NCBI GenBank assembly: GCA_023229115.1
Contig: JALNZW010000001.1
Span: 70,861 to 134,860, forward strand
DNA: 64,000 bases
Reading direction: 5' to 3'
From: Patescibacteria group bacterium
GTDB lineage: Bacteria > Patescibacteriota > Patescibacteriia > Patescibacteriales > UBA12465
In this document: piece after piece, positions 27,377 to 37,545 of the stretch
How positions within the stretch are numbered: position 1 is the stretch's first letter
How the letters are laid out: the number at the start of each line of letters is the position of its first letter
Program-made: the position numbers and the translations under genes
Notes under the pieces: model-generated
Database searches by the model: none
What the model was told of the DNA's origin: nothing
Seen by the model: only the letters and a program-made list of their open reading frames with translations

Positions 27377-29659
27377 ATGAAAGAAAACAAAAAAATCTTA
27401 ATATTTTCCACCGCTTATTTTCCTTTTGTAGGGGGAGCCGAGGTGGCCGTTAAAGAAATCACTAATCGTCTAGGTGATGATTTTTCTTTTGACTTATTAA
27501 CGGCTAAGATGAGTAAGGGTTTGCCAAAATTTGAAAGAATTGGACAAGTTAATGTTTATAGACTGGGTATCGGTCACCCTTTGTTTGATAAGCTTTTTTT
27601 AGCTTTTTTAGGTTGGATTAAAGCTAGAAAACTACACAAACAAAATAATTATCTTTTTTCTTGGGTAATTATGGCTAGCTTTGGAGGGCTATCAGCTCTT
27701 TTTACTAAGAAAATATGTAAATTGCCATTATTTTTAACTTTACAAGAAGGTGATGATTTGGAATATATAAAAAATAAAAGCAAGTTTATTAGAAAAAATT
27801 TTTTAGAAATTTTTACTCAAGCTGATTTTATACAAGTAATCAGTAGTTTTTTAAAACATTGGGCAGTTAGAAATGGGGCAGAGTCAGAAATCAGGATAAT
27901 TCCCAATGGAGTTGATTTTTTGAAATTTAAGAGAGAGGAAAGTTTTAACAGAAACGAATTTAGAAAACAGTTAGGTTTTAATGAAGATGATAAATTAATA
28001 ATAACCACCTCTAGATTAGTTAAAAAGAATGGAGTTAAGGATTTGCTCAAGAGTTTGTCTTATTTAGAAAATGAATTTAAATTTTTAATATTGGGAGAAG
28101 GAGAAGAAAAAGATGATTTACTTAAAATAAGCGAAGAATTAAATTTAAAAAATAGAGTATATTTTTTAGGGACTATTAATCATCAAGAGTTGCCAAAATA
28201 TCTCTGGGCTAGTGATGTTTTTTGTCGACCATCACTATCTGAGGGTTTGGGTAATTCTTTTTTGGAGGCCATGGCTTCTGGTCTTCCAGTTGTAGCCACT
28301 GAAGTTGGCGGTATTCCTGATTTTTTACATCACGAAGAAAATGGTTTGTTTTGTGAGGTGGAAAGCCCAGAAAGCATTGCTAGTAGAATTAAAGAAATAT
28401 TTAGTGATGAAAATTTAAAAAATAAAATTATTGCAAATGGAATAAAAACCGTTCAAGAAGTTTATACTTGGGATTTAGTAGCTAGTCGGATGTCTAAAGC
28501 TTTTTCTGACTTGGCAGAAAAAAATAAAAAAAGAAAAATAAATATTTTAATTGCTACCGGAATTTTTCCGCCAGATATTGGTGGGCCTGCAACTTATAGC
28601 AAATTGCTTTTACAGGAATTGCCTAAGAGAAATTTTAATGTTTCACTTTTAAGCTTTTCTCATTTTAGGGATAAGTGTCCTAAAGTGATTAGTCATTTTT
28701 TGTATTTTTTAAATATTTTAAAATTAGGTAGAAAAACAGAAATAATTTATGTTCAAGATCCAGTTAGTGTTGGTTTACCGGTAGCTTTAGCTAATTTTTT
28801 TCTAAGAAAAAAAATGCTTTTAAAAATTGTCGGTGATTATGCTTGGGAGCAGGGATGCCAAAGGTTTGATGTTAAAGATTTCTTGGATGATTTTTCTGTA
28901 AAATATAAGGATTATTCTTGGCCAGTTAAAATTTTGAAAAAGATTCAACTTTTTTCAGCTAGAAGAGCTAAAAACATAATTGTTCCTAGTAATTATTTAA
29001 AAAAAATAGTTTCTAATTGGGGAGTTAATCCTAATAAAATAAAGGTTATTTATAATGCCTTTGATGGTATTAATTGTGGTTTTAGCAAGGAAGAGATAAG
29101 AAGGGAATTAAGACTTGATTTTGATGATAAAATTATAATTAGTTCTGGTCGTTTGGTTCCTTGGAAGGGTTTTAATATTCTAATAAAAGCTTTTAAGGAT
29201 TTTAATAGCAAATATCCTAAATCAAAACTACTGATAGCTGGTGAGGGAGGAGAAAGAGAAAATTTACTCAATTTAATTAAAGATTTAAAATTGGAAAATA
29301 AAGTAATTTTACTGGGCAAATTAGATAGGAATTTGCTGATGAAATATTTGAAAACCAGCGATTTGTTTGTTTTAAATACATCCTATGAGGGATTCTCTCA
29401 TCAATTGTTAGAAGTGATGGCCTTAGGTTTACCACTTTTAACAACCAGAGTGGGTGGTAATGTGGAACTGGTAACTGACAGAGAAAATGGATTATTTTTT
29501 GATTTTAATGATTTAGATAAAATAACAGAGTTGATGTTTGAGTTTTTCAGCGATTCAGTTTTGCGCTACAAGCTTTCAGAAAACTCTAAAAAAAGAATTG
29601 AGGACTTTACGGAGTATAAAATGTTAGATAATTTAAATAATTTTTTAAGAAATATATAA
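27377..29659 (+). CDS. Two-module glycosyltransferase (GT4 + GT4 fusion)
   Basis: 760 aa. Two complete GT-B units, each with a C-terminal E..G...LEAMA.GLP motif (PSLSEGLGNSFLEAMASGLPVV and NTSYEGFSHQLLEVMALGLPLL). Confidence 0.85.
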   Translation: MKENKKILIFSTAYFPFVGGAEVAVKEITNRLGDDFSFDLLTAKMSKGLPKFERIGQVNVYRLGIGHPLFDKLFLAFLGWIKARKLHKQNNYLFSWVIMASFGGLSALFTKKICKLPLFLTLQEGDDLEYIKNKSKFIRKNFLEIFTQADFIQVISSFLKHWAVRNGAESEIRIIPNGVDFLKFKREESFNRNEFRKQLGFNEDDKLIITTSRLVKKNGVKDLLKSLSYLENEFKFLILGEGEEKDDLLKISEELNLKNRVYFLGTINHQELPKYLWASDVFCRPSLSEGLGNSFLEAMASGLPVVATEVGGIPDFLHHEENGLFCEVESPESIASRIKEIFSDENLKNKIIANGIKTVQEVYTWDLVASRMSKAFSDLAEKNKKRKINILIATGIFPPDIGGPATYSKLLLQELPKRNFNVSLLSFSHFRDKCPKVISHFLYFLNILKLGRKTEIIYVQDPVSVGLPVALANFFLRKKMLLKIVGDYAWEQGCQRFDVKDFLDDFSVKYKDYSWPVKILKKIQLFSARRAKNIIVPSNYLKKIVSNWGVNPNKIKVIYNAFDGINCGFSKEEIRRELRLDFDDKIIISSGRLVPWKGFNILIKAFKDFNSKYPKSKLLIAGEGGERENLLNLIKDLKLENKVILLGKLDRNLLMKYLKTSDLFVLNTSYEGFSHQLLEVMALGLPLLTTRVGGNVELVTDRENGLFFDFNDLDKITELMFEFFSDSVLRYKLSENSKKRIEDFTEYKMLDNLNNFLRNI

Positions 29660-29662
29660 GTT

Positions 29663-30766
29663 ATGAATATTTTGAGTTTAAGTAGTGATAAAACTTTTTT
29701 TGATAAAAATTCGGATACTTTTAATAGGATAAAAGAATATTCTAAACTGGTAAATCAGGTTGTGGTGGTTGTTTTTAATCAAAAAAAAGAATATTTAGAG
29801 ATTGATAATAAAATTTTTATTTATTCCATTAAAAGTAAAAATATTTTTTGTGGTTTTATTAAATCAATTTTTTTTGCTTTTTTTATTAAAAGAAAACATA
29901 AAACAGATGTTGTTACTTCTCAAGATCCATTTTTAAATGGATTCGCTTCTTTAATTTTTAGTAAAATAATTGGAGCTAAACTGCTTTGTTCTGTTTATGG
30001 AACAAATATCTTTGATTCCTATTGGAGTAGTAAAAAATCTTTATTTTTTAAAAGGTTGCTAGCTAAATTTGTTTTTAAAAACAGCCACGCTATTCAGGCT
30101 GATGGTCTGGAGGCTATTGATGATTTAAAAAAGAAATATGGCGACAAGGTTTTTTGGAAACCAATGATACCTTACAATATTAAAGATTTTTTTAAAGACA
30201 AAATAAGTCATTCCGAAATTAATATTATTTATGTTGGTAGAATGGTTGAACAAAAAAATATCCCATTATTAATTGATATTTTGGAAAAAGTAGTGGGCGA
30301 TAATCGGGGAATTAATTTTAGATTTAAAATAGTCGGTCAGGGACCATTTTTAAATTATTTTCAAGAACAAATAAAATTAAGAAAGATTGATGGTTTTATT
30401 GATTTTCACAAATCTTTAAATAGGGACGAAATAGTAGATCTTTTTTTGAGGGGTGATTTTTTTATTTTATGTTCAAGGTTTGAAGGATTTCCCCGTGTTT
30501 TTATGGAATCAGCTGCTTCAGCCTTGCCAGTTATAACCACCAGAGTCGGAGGAATTAAGGGTATTTTGAAGGATGGAGAAAATTCTTTTATTATTGAACA
30601 GGGTGATTTTTCTGGTTTTGTTGATAGGGTTAATTTATTAATAAGAGATAATGATTTAAGGAAAAAAATGTCAGAGGCTATTAAAAATAATTTTAGAAAT
30701 AATTATAGTTTTGAATTGACCATCGATAGTCAAAAAAAGATATTCGATTATTTAGAGGCTTTATGA
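29663..30766 (+). CDS. Glycosyltransferase family 4
   Basis: 367 aa. CSRFEGFPRVFMESAASALPVITTRVGG. Confidence 0.8.
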   Translation: MNILSLSSDKTFFDKNSDTFNRIKEYSKLVNQVVVVVFNQKKEYLEIDNKIFIYSIKSKNIFCGFIKSIFFAFFIKRKHKTDVVTSQDPFLNGFASLIFSKIIGAKLLCSVYGTNIFDSYWSSKKSLFFKRLLAKFVFKNSHAIQADGLEAIDDLKKKYGDKVFWKPMIPYNIKDFFKDKISHSEINIIYVGRMVEQKNIPLLIDILEKVVGDNRGINFRFKIVGQGPFLNYFQEQIKLRKIDGFIDFHKSLNRDEIVDLFLRGDFFILCSRFEGFPRVFMESAASALPVITTRVGGIKGILKDGENSFIIEQGDFSGFVDRVNLLIRDNDLRKKMSEAIKNNFRNNYSFELTIDSQKKIFDYLEAL

Positions 30767-31830
30767 ATTTATTAATACTAACTCAAAAAGTAGATAAAAA
30801 CGATAGCAATCTCGGTTTTTTTCATCGATGGTTGGAGGAATTTTCAAAAAAATGTGAAAAAGTAACAGTCATTTGTCTTTATAAGGGTGAATATAGTTTG
30901 CCCAATAACGTTAGAATTTTATCTTTGGGCAAGGAAAAGGGGGTTTGTCGTCTAAAATATTTATTTAATTTTTATAAATACATTTTTAAATATAGAAGGG
31001 AATACGACAATGTTTTTGTACATATGAATCAGATTTATATGATTCTGGGGGGTTTTTGGTGGAAAATGATGAATAAAAAAATTGCTTTGTGGTATGCTCA
31101 TAAAAATATAAGCCTTTCTTTACGCTTAGCTACAAAAATAACCGATATTGTTTTTACCGCCTCAGAGAAAAGCTTTCGCTTACAAAGCAGAAAAATAAAA
31201 GTAATGGGTCATGGAATGGATACGGAAAAATTTTGTCCGGCCTTTAACAATCGTCAAGATAATTTTTTTAATATTGTGACTATCGGTCGCATTTCTCCTG
31301 TTAAAAAATATGAGGATTTAATAATTGTCATTGAAGAATTGTCTCAAAATGATAAACTTCATAGTAAAATAAAAGTTAATATTGTTGGGGGCGCAATTGA
31401 TGATTTGGGCGAGAAATATTTTTCTGAGCTCAAAAATTTAGTAAAAGTAAAAAAATTAGAGAGTTTAATAAATTTTGTTGGTCCAGTTAGCAATGATCAA
31501 GTTGTGGATATTTTAAGGAATTCCGATTTATTTATTCATATGAGTCAAACCGGGAGCTTGGATAAGGCTGTTCTAGAGGCTATGGCTTGTGAGGTCTTGG
31601 TTTTATCTAATAATGAATCAGTAGTAAATGATGTTTTTAAAAATAATAGTTTATTTTGCTATAAAGACAATAATGAGTTATTATATAAAATAGAAAAAAT
31701 TATTGGTTTAGACGAGAAAGAATTAGATAATTTTAAAAAAGAAAATAGGCAACTGGTTGTTTTTAATCATAATTTAGCCAATTTAATTAATAGAATTCTG
31801 ATTAACTTAAATGGAAAAACAAGTCAATAA
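30763..31830 (+). CDS. Glycosyltransferase (GT-B, GT4-like)
   Basis: 355 aa. C-terminal MSQTGSLDKAVLEAMACEVLVLS. Overlaps its neighbours by 4 and 20 nt. Confidence 0.75.
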   Translation: MNLLILTQKVDKNDSNLGFFHRWLEEFSKKCEKVTVICLYKGEYSLPNNVRILSLGKEKGVCRLKYLFNFYKYIFKYRREYDNVFVHMNQIYMILGGFWWKMMNKKIALWYAHKNISLSLRLATKITDIVFTASEKSFRLQSRKIKVMGHGMDTEKFCPAFNNRQDNFFNIVTIGRISPVKKYEDLIIVIEELSQNDKLHSKIKVNIVGGAIDDLGEKYFSELKNLVKVKKLESLINFVGPVSNDQVVDILRNSDLFIHMSQTGSLDKAVLEAMACEVLVLSNNESVVNDVFKNNSLFCYKDNNELLYKIEKIIGLDEKELDNFKKENRQLVVFNHNLANLINRILINLNGKTSQ

Positions 31831-32437
31831 AAATTTTTATAATTTTTGGAAATACTGCGATTTAGATAGGTGGTCTAGTTATTGGTATCAAATAAAAGAA
31901 ATCCTTTCTTTTAATCCTAAAGATGTTTTGGAAATTGGAGTAGGAGAAAAAGTTCTCTATTCTTATTTAACTAATAATACAGAAATTAATTATAAAAGTG
32001 TTGATATTGCCAAGGACTTAAAACCAGATATTGTTGCCAGTTTAGACAAATTACCACTGGAGGATAATTCTTTCGATGTGGTTTGTGCTTTTGAAGTTTT
32101 AGAGCATCTTCCTTTTGAAAAATTTGTTAGTAGTCTAAATGAATTAAAAAGGGTTTCTAGATCTTATGTAATTTTAAGTTTACCACATTGGGGGAGGCAT
32201 TTTTCTGTTTCTTTTCGTTTACCATTTTTTAAAAAAATTAAATTTCAATTTAAATTTTCTATTCAAAAACCTAGTCATTTATTTAATGGCCAGCATTATT
32301 GGGAAATAGGGAAAAAGGGTTATAATTTGTCAAAAGTTAAAAATGAAATAAAAAAAACTGATATGAAGATTATTAAGGATTATGTCTGTTTTGAATCTCC
32401 TTATCATCATTTTTTTGTGTTAAAAAAATATGTATAG
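31811..32437 (+). CDS. Class I SAM-dependent methyltransferase (type A)
   Basis: 208 aa. VLEIGVGEKV (motif I) and DVVCAFEVLEHL. Paralog of 34844-35455. Confidence 0.75.
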   Translation: MEKQVNKNFYNFWKYCDLDRWSSYWYQIKEILSFNPKDVLEIGVGEKVLYSYLTNNTEINYKSVDIAKDLKPDIVASLDKLPLEDNSFDVVCAFEVLEHLPFEKFVSSLNELKRVSRSYVILSLPHWGRHFSVSFRLPFFKKIKFQFKFSIQKPSHLFNGQHYWEIGKKGYNLSKVKNEIKKTDMKIIKDYVCFESPYHHFFVLKKYV

Positions 32438-33073
32438 ATTTTTATTGAAAGAAATAAAAAAGAAAAAAAGCCTGGCTAGAGCTTTGATGAATTATGAAGT
32501 TAAAAATATTGATTTGGATGGTGAAGTTATAGATATTGGTGGTGGAAAAAAAGATTATTATTATAAAATTTTTAAATCAAATAAAGCTAATATTAGTCCG
32601 GTTGATATTTGTTTGTCGGATGATAATAAGAATAAAATTAATTTAGAGTGTGATCAACTTCCTTTCAGCGATAATTATTTTAACAGCGCTCTGATGTTTA
32701 ATGTCTTGGAGCATATCTATAATTATAACTTTTTAATTTCTGAAACCAAAAGAGTTTTAAAAAATGGAGGAAAAATAATCGGTTTTGTTCCTTTTTTGGT
32801 AAATTATCATCCAGATCCAAATGACTACTTTAGATATACTAAAGAATCTTTAAAAAAAATATTTCAGGAAAATGGTTTTAAATTGTTAGAAATAAAAGAG
32901 GTCGGCCTTGGTCCGTTGTCGGTTAATTTCAACAATCTTTTTCTTTATTTGCCGGTTTTTTAAGAGTTGTCTTATTTTCTTTGAGTTATCCCTTTTTTAT
33001 CTTTTCAATTTTTCTCCGTCCAATTCTTAAAGAAAGGTATCCTCTAGGTTATTTTTTTATTTTTGAGAAATAA
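32430..33073 (+). pseudogene. Class I SAM methyltransferase (type B) with apparent frameshift near a T-run
   Basis: The track ORF ends at 32963 (..NFNNLFLYLPVF*). The frame beginning at 32951 continues AGFLRVVLFSLSYPFFIFSIFLRPILKERYPLGYFFIFEK* to 33073, abutting the next gene. That tail resembles the paralog's C-terminus (..SSGYYLVANK). Confidence 0.6.
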
Positions 33074-33078
33074 AATAT

Positions 33079-33738
33079 ATGGAATCTCGTTTTTCTAGCG
33101 TTAAAAAATCTAAAACTTTCAGGGAGATGCTAAATAAATATGATTTAAAATCGAAAAAAGTTTTAGATATTGGTTGTGGATTGGGACAATATTTGGTTAA
33201 TTTTGGTAGTGGTAGCGTAGGTTTAACAAGCACTTTGAGTGAAGTTGAATACGGAAAAAATAATAATATTAATATTATAAAAGGTAATGCAGAGTTGATT
33301 GATGGTTTTGGTTTAGGCGTTTATGATGCTATTTGGGCAAATAATTTAATTGAACATATTTTATCACCCCATTCTTTTTTGATTAAATTAAAAAAAGTTT
33401 CTAGCGATAAAACTATTTTAATATTAGGTGTTCCAGTTTTTCCATTTCCTTTATTTTTGTTAAAACTAAAAAGGTTTAAAGGATCACTTGCCAGTAATCA
33501 TATTAATTTTTTTACAAAAAAAACATTAGAAAAAACGGTAGAACGAGCAGGTTGGGAAATATTAGAATCTAGGTCATTTTTATTTTCTAATAAATTTATT
33601 GATTATTTATTTTCGATTTTTTCTCCCCATATTTATATTGTGGCTAAAAATGTTGTAGATTTTAATTATCCAGTTAAAAAAATAAATGAATGGAAGGATG
33701 ACGATTATTATAAAAATTTATTAAATGTTGTTAAATAA
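33079..33738 (+). CDS. Class I SAM-dependent methyltransferase (type C)
   Basis: 219 aa. VLDIGCGLGQY motif I. Confidence 0.8.
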   Translation: MESRFSSVKKSKTFREMLNKYDLKSKKVLDIGCGLGQYLVNFGSGSVGLTSTLSEVEYGKNNNINIIKGNAELIDGFGLGVYDAIWANNLIEHILSPHSFLIKLKKVSSDKTILILGVPVFPFPLFLLKLKRFKGSLASNHINFFTKKTLEKTVERAGWEILESRSFLFSNKFIDYLFSIFSPHIYIVAKNVVDFNYPVKKINEWKDDDYYKNLLNVVK

Positions 33739-34866
33739 ATGAAAATAACTTATATAACAAATGCCAGAATTCCGACCGAGAAAGCTCATGGATATCAGAT
33801 ATGTAAGATGTGCGAAGAATTTTCTAATATTGGTATAGATGTCGAACTCGTTGTTCCTACTAGAAAAAATGATATAAAAAAAGATATTTTCGATTATTAT
33901 GATTTAAAACGTAATTTTAAGATTAGATATGTTCAATCACCGGACTTTTTGTTTCTTGACAAGTTTTTTAAAAAAATTATATATTTAAATAATTTATTTT
34001 TTTTGATTAAATCTTTATTTTTAAAGTTTCAAAAAAATGATTTAATTTATACAAGAAGTCCAGAGATAGCATGGTTGTTTTCATTGAGAAGATATAATGT
34101 TTTTTTTGAGGCTCATAACTGGCCAGGTTCTAAAACTTGGATTTATAAGCAAATGCTTAAAAAAGTAGATTTACTGATTTGTAATTCAAACGGAACAGCT
34201 AATTATCATATTAAGAATGGTCTTGGTAAGGCAGAGGTTTGTCATAATGGGGTAGATTTAGAAAAATTTTCTTTAAATTTTGACAGGAATTATTGTAAAA
34301 AAAAGATAGGTTTTTCCAATAATGATGTATTAGTTATGTATGTCGGTCATTTATATGATTGGAAGGGAGCTGATATTTTGGCAAAGTCAGCTAATTTTAT
34401 TGATGAAAAAATAAAAATTGTTTTTGTTGGAGGTAATGATAGTGATATTTTTGAATATAAAAATAAATATGATAAAAAAAATATTATTTTTGTTGGCAAA
34501 AGAAAACATGAGGAAATACCTTTTTATTTGAAAGCTGCTGATATTCTTGTTTTACCTAATGTTCCAATTAGTAAAGAGTCTGTTAAATTTACATCGCCTA
34601 TAAAAATGTTTGAGTACATGTCTAGCGGAACCCCTATTATAGCTTCAAATTTGCCATCAATTAAAGAAATTTTAAATAAAGATAATTCAATCTTGTTTAA
34701 ACCTGGTGATGAAAAAGAGTTATCAGAGAAGATAGTTTTTTGTCTCAATAATAAAGATGTTATGGATGAGATTTCTCGAAAAGCTTTGTCCGATGTTCAG
34801 TATTATTCTTGGTTTAATAGAGCAAAAAAAATTATAAAAAAATATGAATCAATCAAAAAAATATAA
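33739..34866 (+). CDS. Glycosyltransferase family 4
   Basis: 375 aa. KFTSPIKMFEYMSSGTPIIASNLPS C-terminal GT4 motif. Confidence 0.85.
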   Translation: MKITYITNARIPTEKAHGYQICKMCEEFSNIGIDVELVVPTRKNDIKKDIFDYYDLKRNFKIRYVQSPDFLFLDKFFKKIIYLNNLFFLIKSLFLKFQKNDLIYTRSPEIAWLFSLRRYNVFFEAHNWPGSKTWIYKQMLKKVDLLICNSNGTANYHIKNGLGKAEVCHNGVDLEKFSLNFDRNYCKKKIGFSNNDVLVMYVGHLYDWKGADILAKSANFIDEKIKIVFVGGNDSDIFEYKNKYDKKNIIFVGKRKHEEIPFYLKAADILVLPNVPISKESVKFTSPIKMFEYMSSGTPIIASNLPSIKEILNKDNSILFKPGDEKELSEKIVFCLNNKDVMDEISRKALSDVQYYSWFNRAKKIIKKYESIKKI

Positions 34867-35455
34867 TAAAGAATATGATCATCATTCTCGTTGGATGAGT
34901 TATTGGCATCAAATAAAAAACATTTTTGACTTAGAGCCAAATTCTATTGTCGAAATTGGCGTTGGAAGTGGTGTTTTGTCGGAATATTTAAAAAAAAGAG
35001 ATTTTAATATTTTTACTCTAGATATTGATAATTTTCTTAAACCTGATATGGTATGTGATATTTCTAGTCAGTATATAGATGGGATTTATTCTGATGTCGT
35101 TTGTGCTTTTCAAGTTTTAGAGCATATAAATTTAAATAAAATTGAAACAGCCCTTGATAATATTTGTAGAATGTCAAAAAAGAATGTTGTAATATCTTTA
35201 CCACAAAATGTTTTTTCTTTTAAATTTTATTTTAAAATCCCCTTATTTAAGTCTTTTAAATTATTATTAATTATTCCAAAGCTTAGAAAAAATAGGTATT
35301 TTCAGAAAAATGGGCATTATTGGGAAATTGGAAACATAGGAACGTCAAAAAAATGGTTAATTAAAAGTTTTAAGAAAAGAGGATTTGAATTGGTCAAAAG
35401 TTATACGGTTTTCGAAAATTCTTATCATGTTTTTTTTGTTTTTAAAAAAATATAG
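34844..35455 (+). CDS. Class I SAM-dependent methyltransferase (type A')
   Basis: 203 aa. IVEIGVGSGV, DVVCAFQVLEHI, GHYWEIG and YHVFFVFKKI. Clear paralog of 31811-32437. Confidence 0.75.
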   Translation: MNQSKKYNKEYDHHSRWMSYWHQIKNIFDLEPNSIVEIGVGSGVLSEYLKKRDFNIFTLDIDNFLKPDMVCDISSQYIDGIYSDVVCAFQVLEHINLNKIETALDNICRMSKKNVVISLPQNVFSFKFYFKIPLFKSFKLLLIIPKLRKNRYFQKNGHYWEIGNIGTSKKWLIKSFKKRGFELVKSYTVFENSYHVFFVFKKI

Positions 35456-35642
35456 TATTAAATTTGTTTATAAATTTTTAAATTTTTAATATCAATAGAA
35501 ATTTGATAATAATTTTGATTATTTAATGTTATAAGGATTGATAATTTTTTATAAAAATAATAAATAATTTTGAGTTAATTTTTTAAAAATATTTTTTAAT
35601 AAAAACAATGTAGTGTTTTATTTATTATTAATAATTATAAAA

Positions 35643-36287
35643 ATGTTTATGGAATTAAATAAAAAAATAACAAGAGAGAGGATGAGTCTATTTTTAGAAA
35701 AAAACAAAACAAAAGTCAATGTCTTAGATGTTGGTTCCGGTGGTAGCTGTTATAACGTTTATTTTCCTAATAGGACAACTTTTGATATTGATGAGTTGAG
35801 AAGTCCTGACATTGTGGGGGACATCCATAAAATGCCTTTTCAGAATGAGCAATTTGATGTTGTTTTGTGCACAGAGGTTTTTGAGCATTTAAAAAATCCC
35901 TTTAAAGCAGCTCAAGAAATAAAGAGAGTTTTAAAAAATAATGGTAAGTTAGTATTGACTACAAGATTTATCTTTCCAATACATGATTCTCCTAATGATT
36001 TTTTTAGGTATACAAAATATGGATTAAAAGAAATATTTAAAGATTGGAAAGATGTTGTTATCATTGAAGAAGCTGAGACTGTTGAAACAATTTCTATATT
36101 ATTGCAAAGATTAATTTTTCAAGTAGATTATAAATTTAATAATTTAATTAAAGTTTTATTTTTAGTTTTAATTAAACTGTTTTTGTGTTTAAATAAATTT
36201 AAGTTAAAAGAATTCGGTGAAATTTCTAAAAAAAATCAAGAAAAAACAATAATGTCTAGCGGTTATTATCTAGTTGCGAATAAATAG
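35643..36287 (+). CDS. Class I SAM-dependent methyltransferase (type B')
   Basis: Track ORF 35613-36287 starts at GTG; the first ATG is at 35643. VLDVGSGGS, DVVLCTEVFEHL and FFRYTKYGLKEIF. Paralog of 32430. Confidence 0.75.
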   Translation: MFMELNKKITRERMSLFLEKNKTKVNVLDVGSGGSCYNVYFPNRTTFDIDELRSPDIVGDIHKMPFQNEQFDVVLCTEVFEHLKNPFKAAQEIKRVLKNNGKLVLTTRFIFPIHDSPNDFFRYTKYGLKEIFKDWKDVVIIEEAETVETISILLQRLIFQVDYKFNNLIKVLFLVLIKLFLCLNKFKLKEFGEISKKNQEKTIMSSGYYLVANK

Positions 36288-36297
36288 TTTAAATATT

Positions 36298-37545
36298 TTA
36301 TATTTTTTTTGTTGTTAAAAAAAATAATTCAAATAAGTATGATAATAACACGGCTATTATTACACCAGTTACATCGAGGTAATTAATTAAAACAAAAAGC
36401 AATGCTATTTTTACGATTGGTTTAACAATATTGTATTGATACAGTATTGTTTTTTTTTCTTTTGCCTGAAAGATGCTTAGCATTATTATTATTGGTCCCA
36501 TGAAAATTAAAGATATTGAAAATAGTTGAGAATAAAAAGTTGACCCTAAATATTGAGGGAAAAACAGTTTGTACATAAGGGGAGCTATTAAAATATAGCA
36601 AAATGACATTATTGTTAAAACAATAATCATCTTTATTATTTTTGGTTTTAAGGTTGAGGTCAGGTTTTTGTCTTCTGCTGTGCTGAATTTTGGGAGTGCT
36701 AAAATATTTATATTTTTAATTAATCCCTTTATTTGTTCCACTGGAGCTATGGCTACTGAATAAACGGCAAGCTCTGTCGCTCCCAAATAATGAAAAATTA
36801 ATAATTTATCAGCGTAAAAAGAGACAATGTTTAAAATACCCATCAAACTCAAATGCTTCCCATAGGAGATCGTTTCTGGATCTTTTTCTTGATTTAAACT
36901 ATTTTTTCTAAATACAAGTTTAAAAATTATTAATCTTAAAATAGTGTGGGTCGTAAAATATGAGGCTATAAATAGAAAAATATTGTCTGTCAGAAAAACG
37001 GTTAAAATCAAAACTATAGTCGATATTATTTTAATAAATATATTGTAATTACTTAAGCTTTTAAAATCTTTCTTGCCATTTAAATAGGAATCATAGATTA
37101 AAAGAGAGTCCATAAATGGAACAAAAACTGAAGAAATTAAAAAAGCGATAGCTAGGACGTTATTTCCTTGAAAATAATAATATCCCGCTAAAGCTAAGGA
37201 GGCTAAACCTCCTAGTAGTCCCCATTTAACTTTAGTTTTAAAGGCGGGAATAACTGAACCCTCGTAACCACGAGCTACGGCTTGAATTATGGCCGTGTTC
37301 ATTCCAGCTAGTGTCGGTATGGCCAGTAGCGAGACTATCGACATTATATATTTATATGTTCCGTAAGTTTCTTTGGGTAGTAAATTAGCAAAGGCTATGG
37401 CTAATAAAAAAGACGAGACGCTGGAAACGCCTTGTCCTAGGGTTAGCCAAAAACCGCCTTTAGCCAGATAAATCATGTCGGTCTTAGTCCATTTTTCTGA
37501 TTTTTTAAGTAGCCTATAGGCTACTATTTTTATTTTTTCAATCAT
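36298..37545 (-). CDS. Polysaccharide flippase (Wzx/MOP superfamily)
   Basis: 415 aa with about 12 TM helices. N-terminal KGGFWLTLGQGVSSVSSFLLAIAFANLL is typical of the polysaccharide biosynthesis protein family. Confidence 0.8.
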   Translation of the reverse strand: MIEKIKIVAYRLLKKSEKWTKTDMIYLAKGGFWLTLGQGVSSVSSFLLAIAFANLLPKETYGTYKYIMSIVSLLAIPTLAGMNTAIIQAVARGYEGSVIPAFKTKVKWGLLGGLASLALAGYYYFQGNNVLAIAFLISSVFVPFMDSLLIYDSYLNGKKDFKSLSNYNIFIKIISTIVLILTVFLTDNIFLFIASYFTTHTILRLIIFKLVFRKNSLNQEKDPETISYGKHLSLMGILNIVSFYADKLLIFHYLGATELAVYSVAIAPVEQIKGLIKNINILALPKFSTAEDKNLTSTLKPKIIKMIIVLTIMSFCYILIAPLMYKLFFPQYLGSTFYSQLFSISLIFMGPIIIMLSIFQAKEKKTILYQYNIVKPIVKIALLFVLINYLDVTGVIIAVLLSYLFELFFLTTKKI

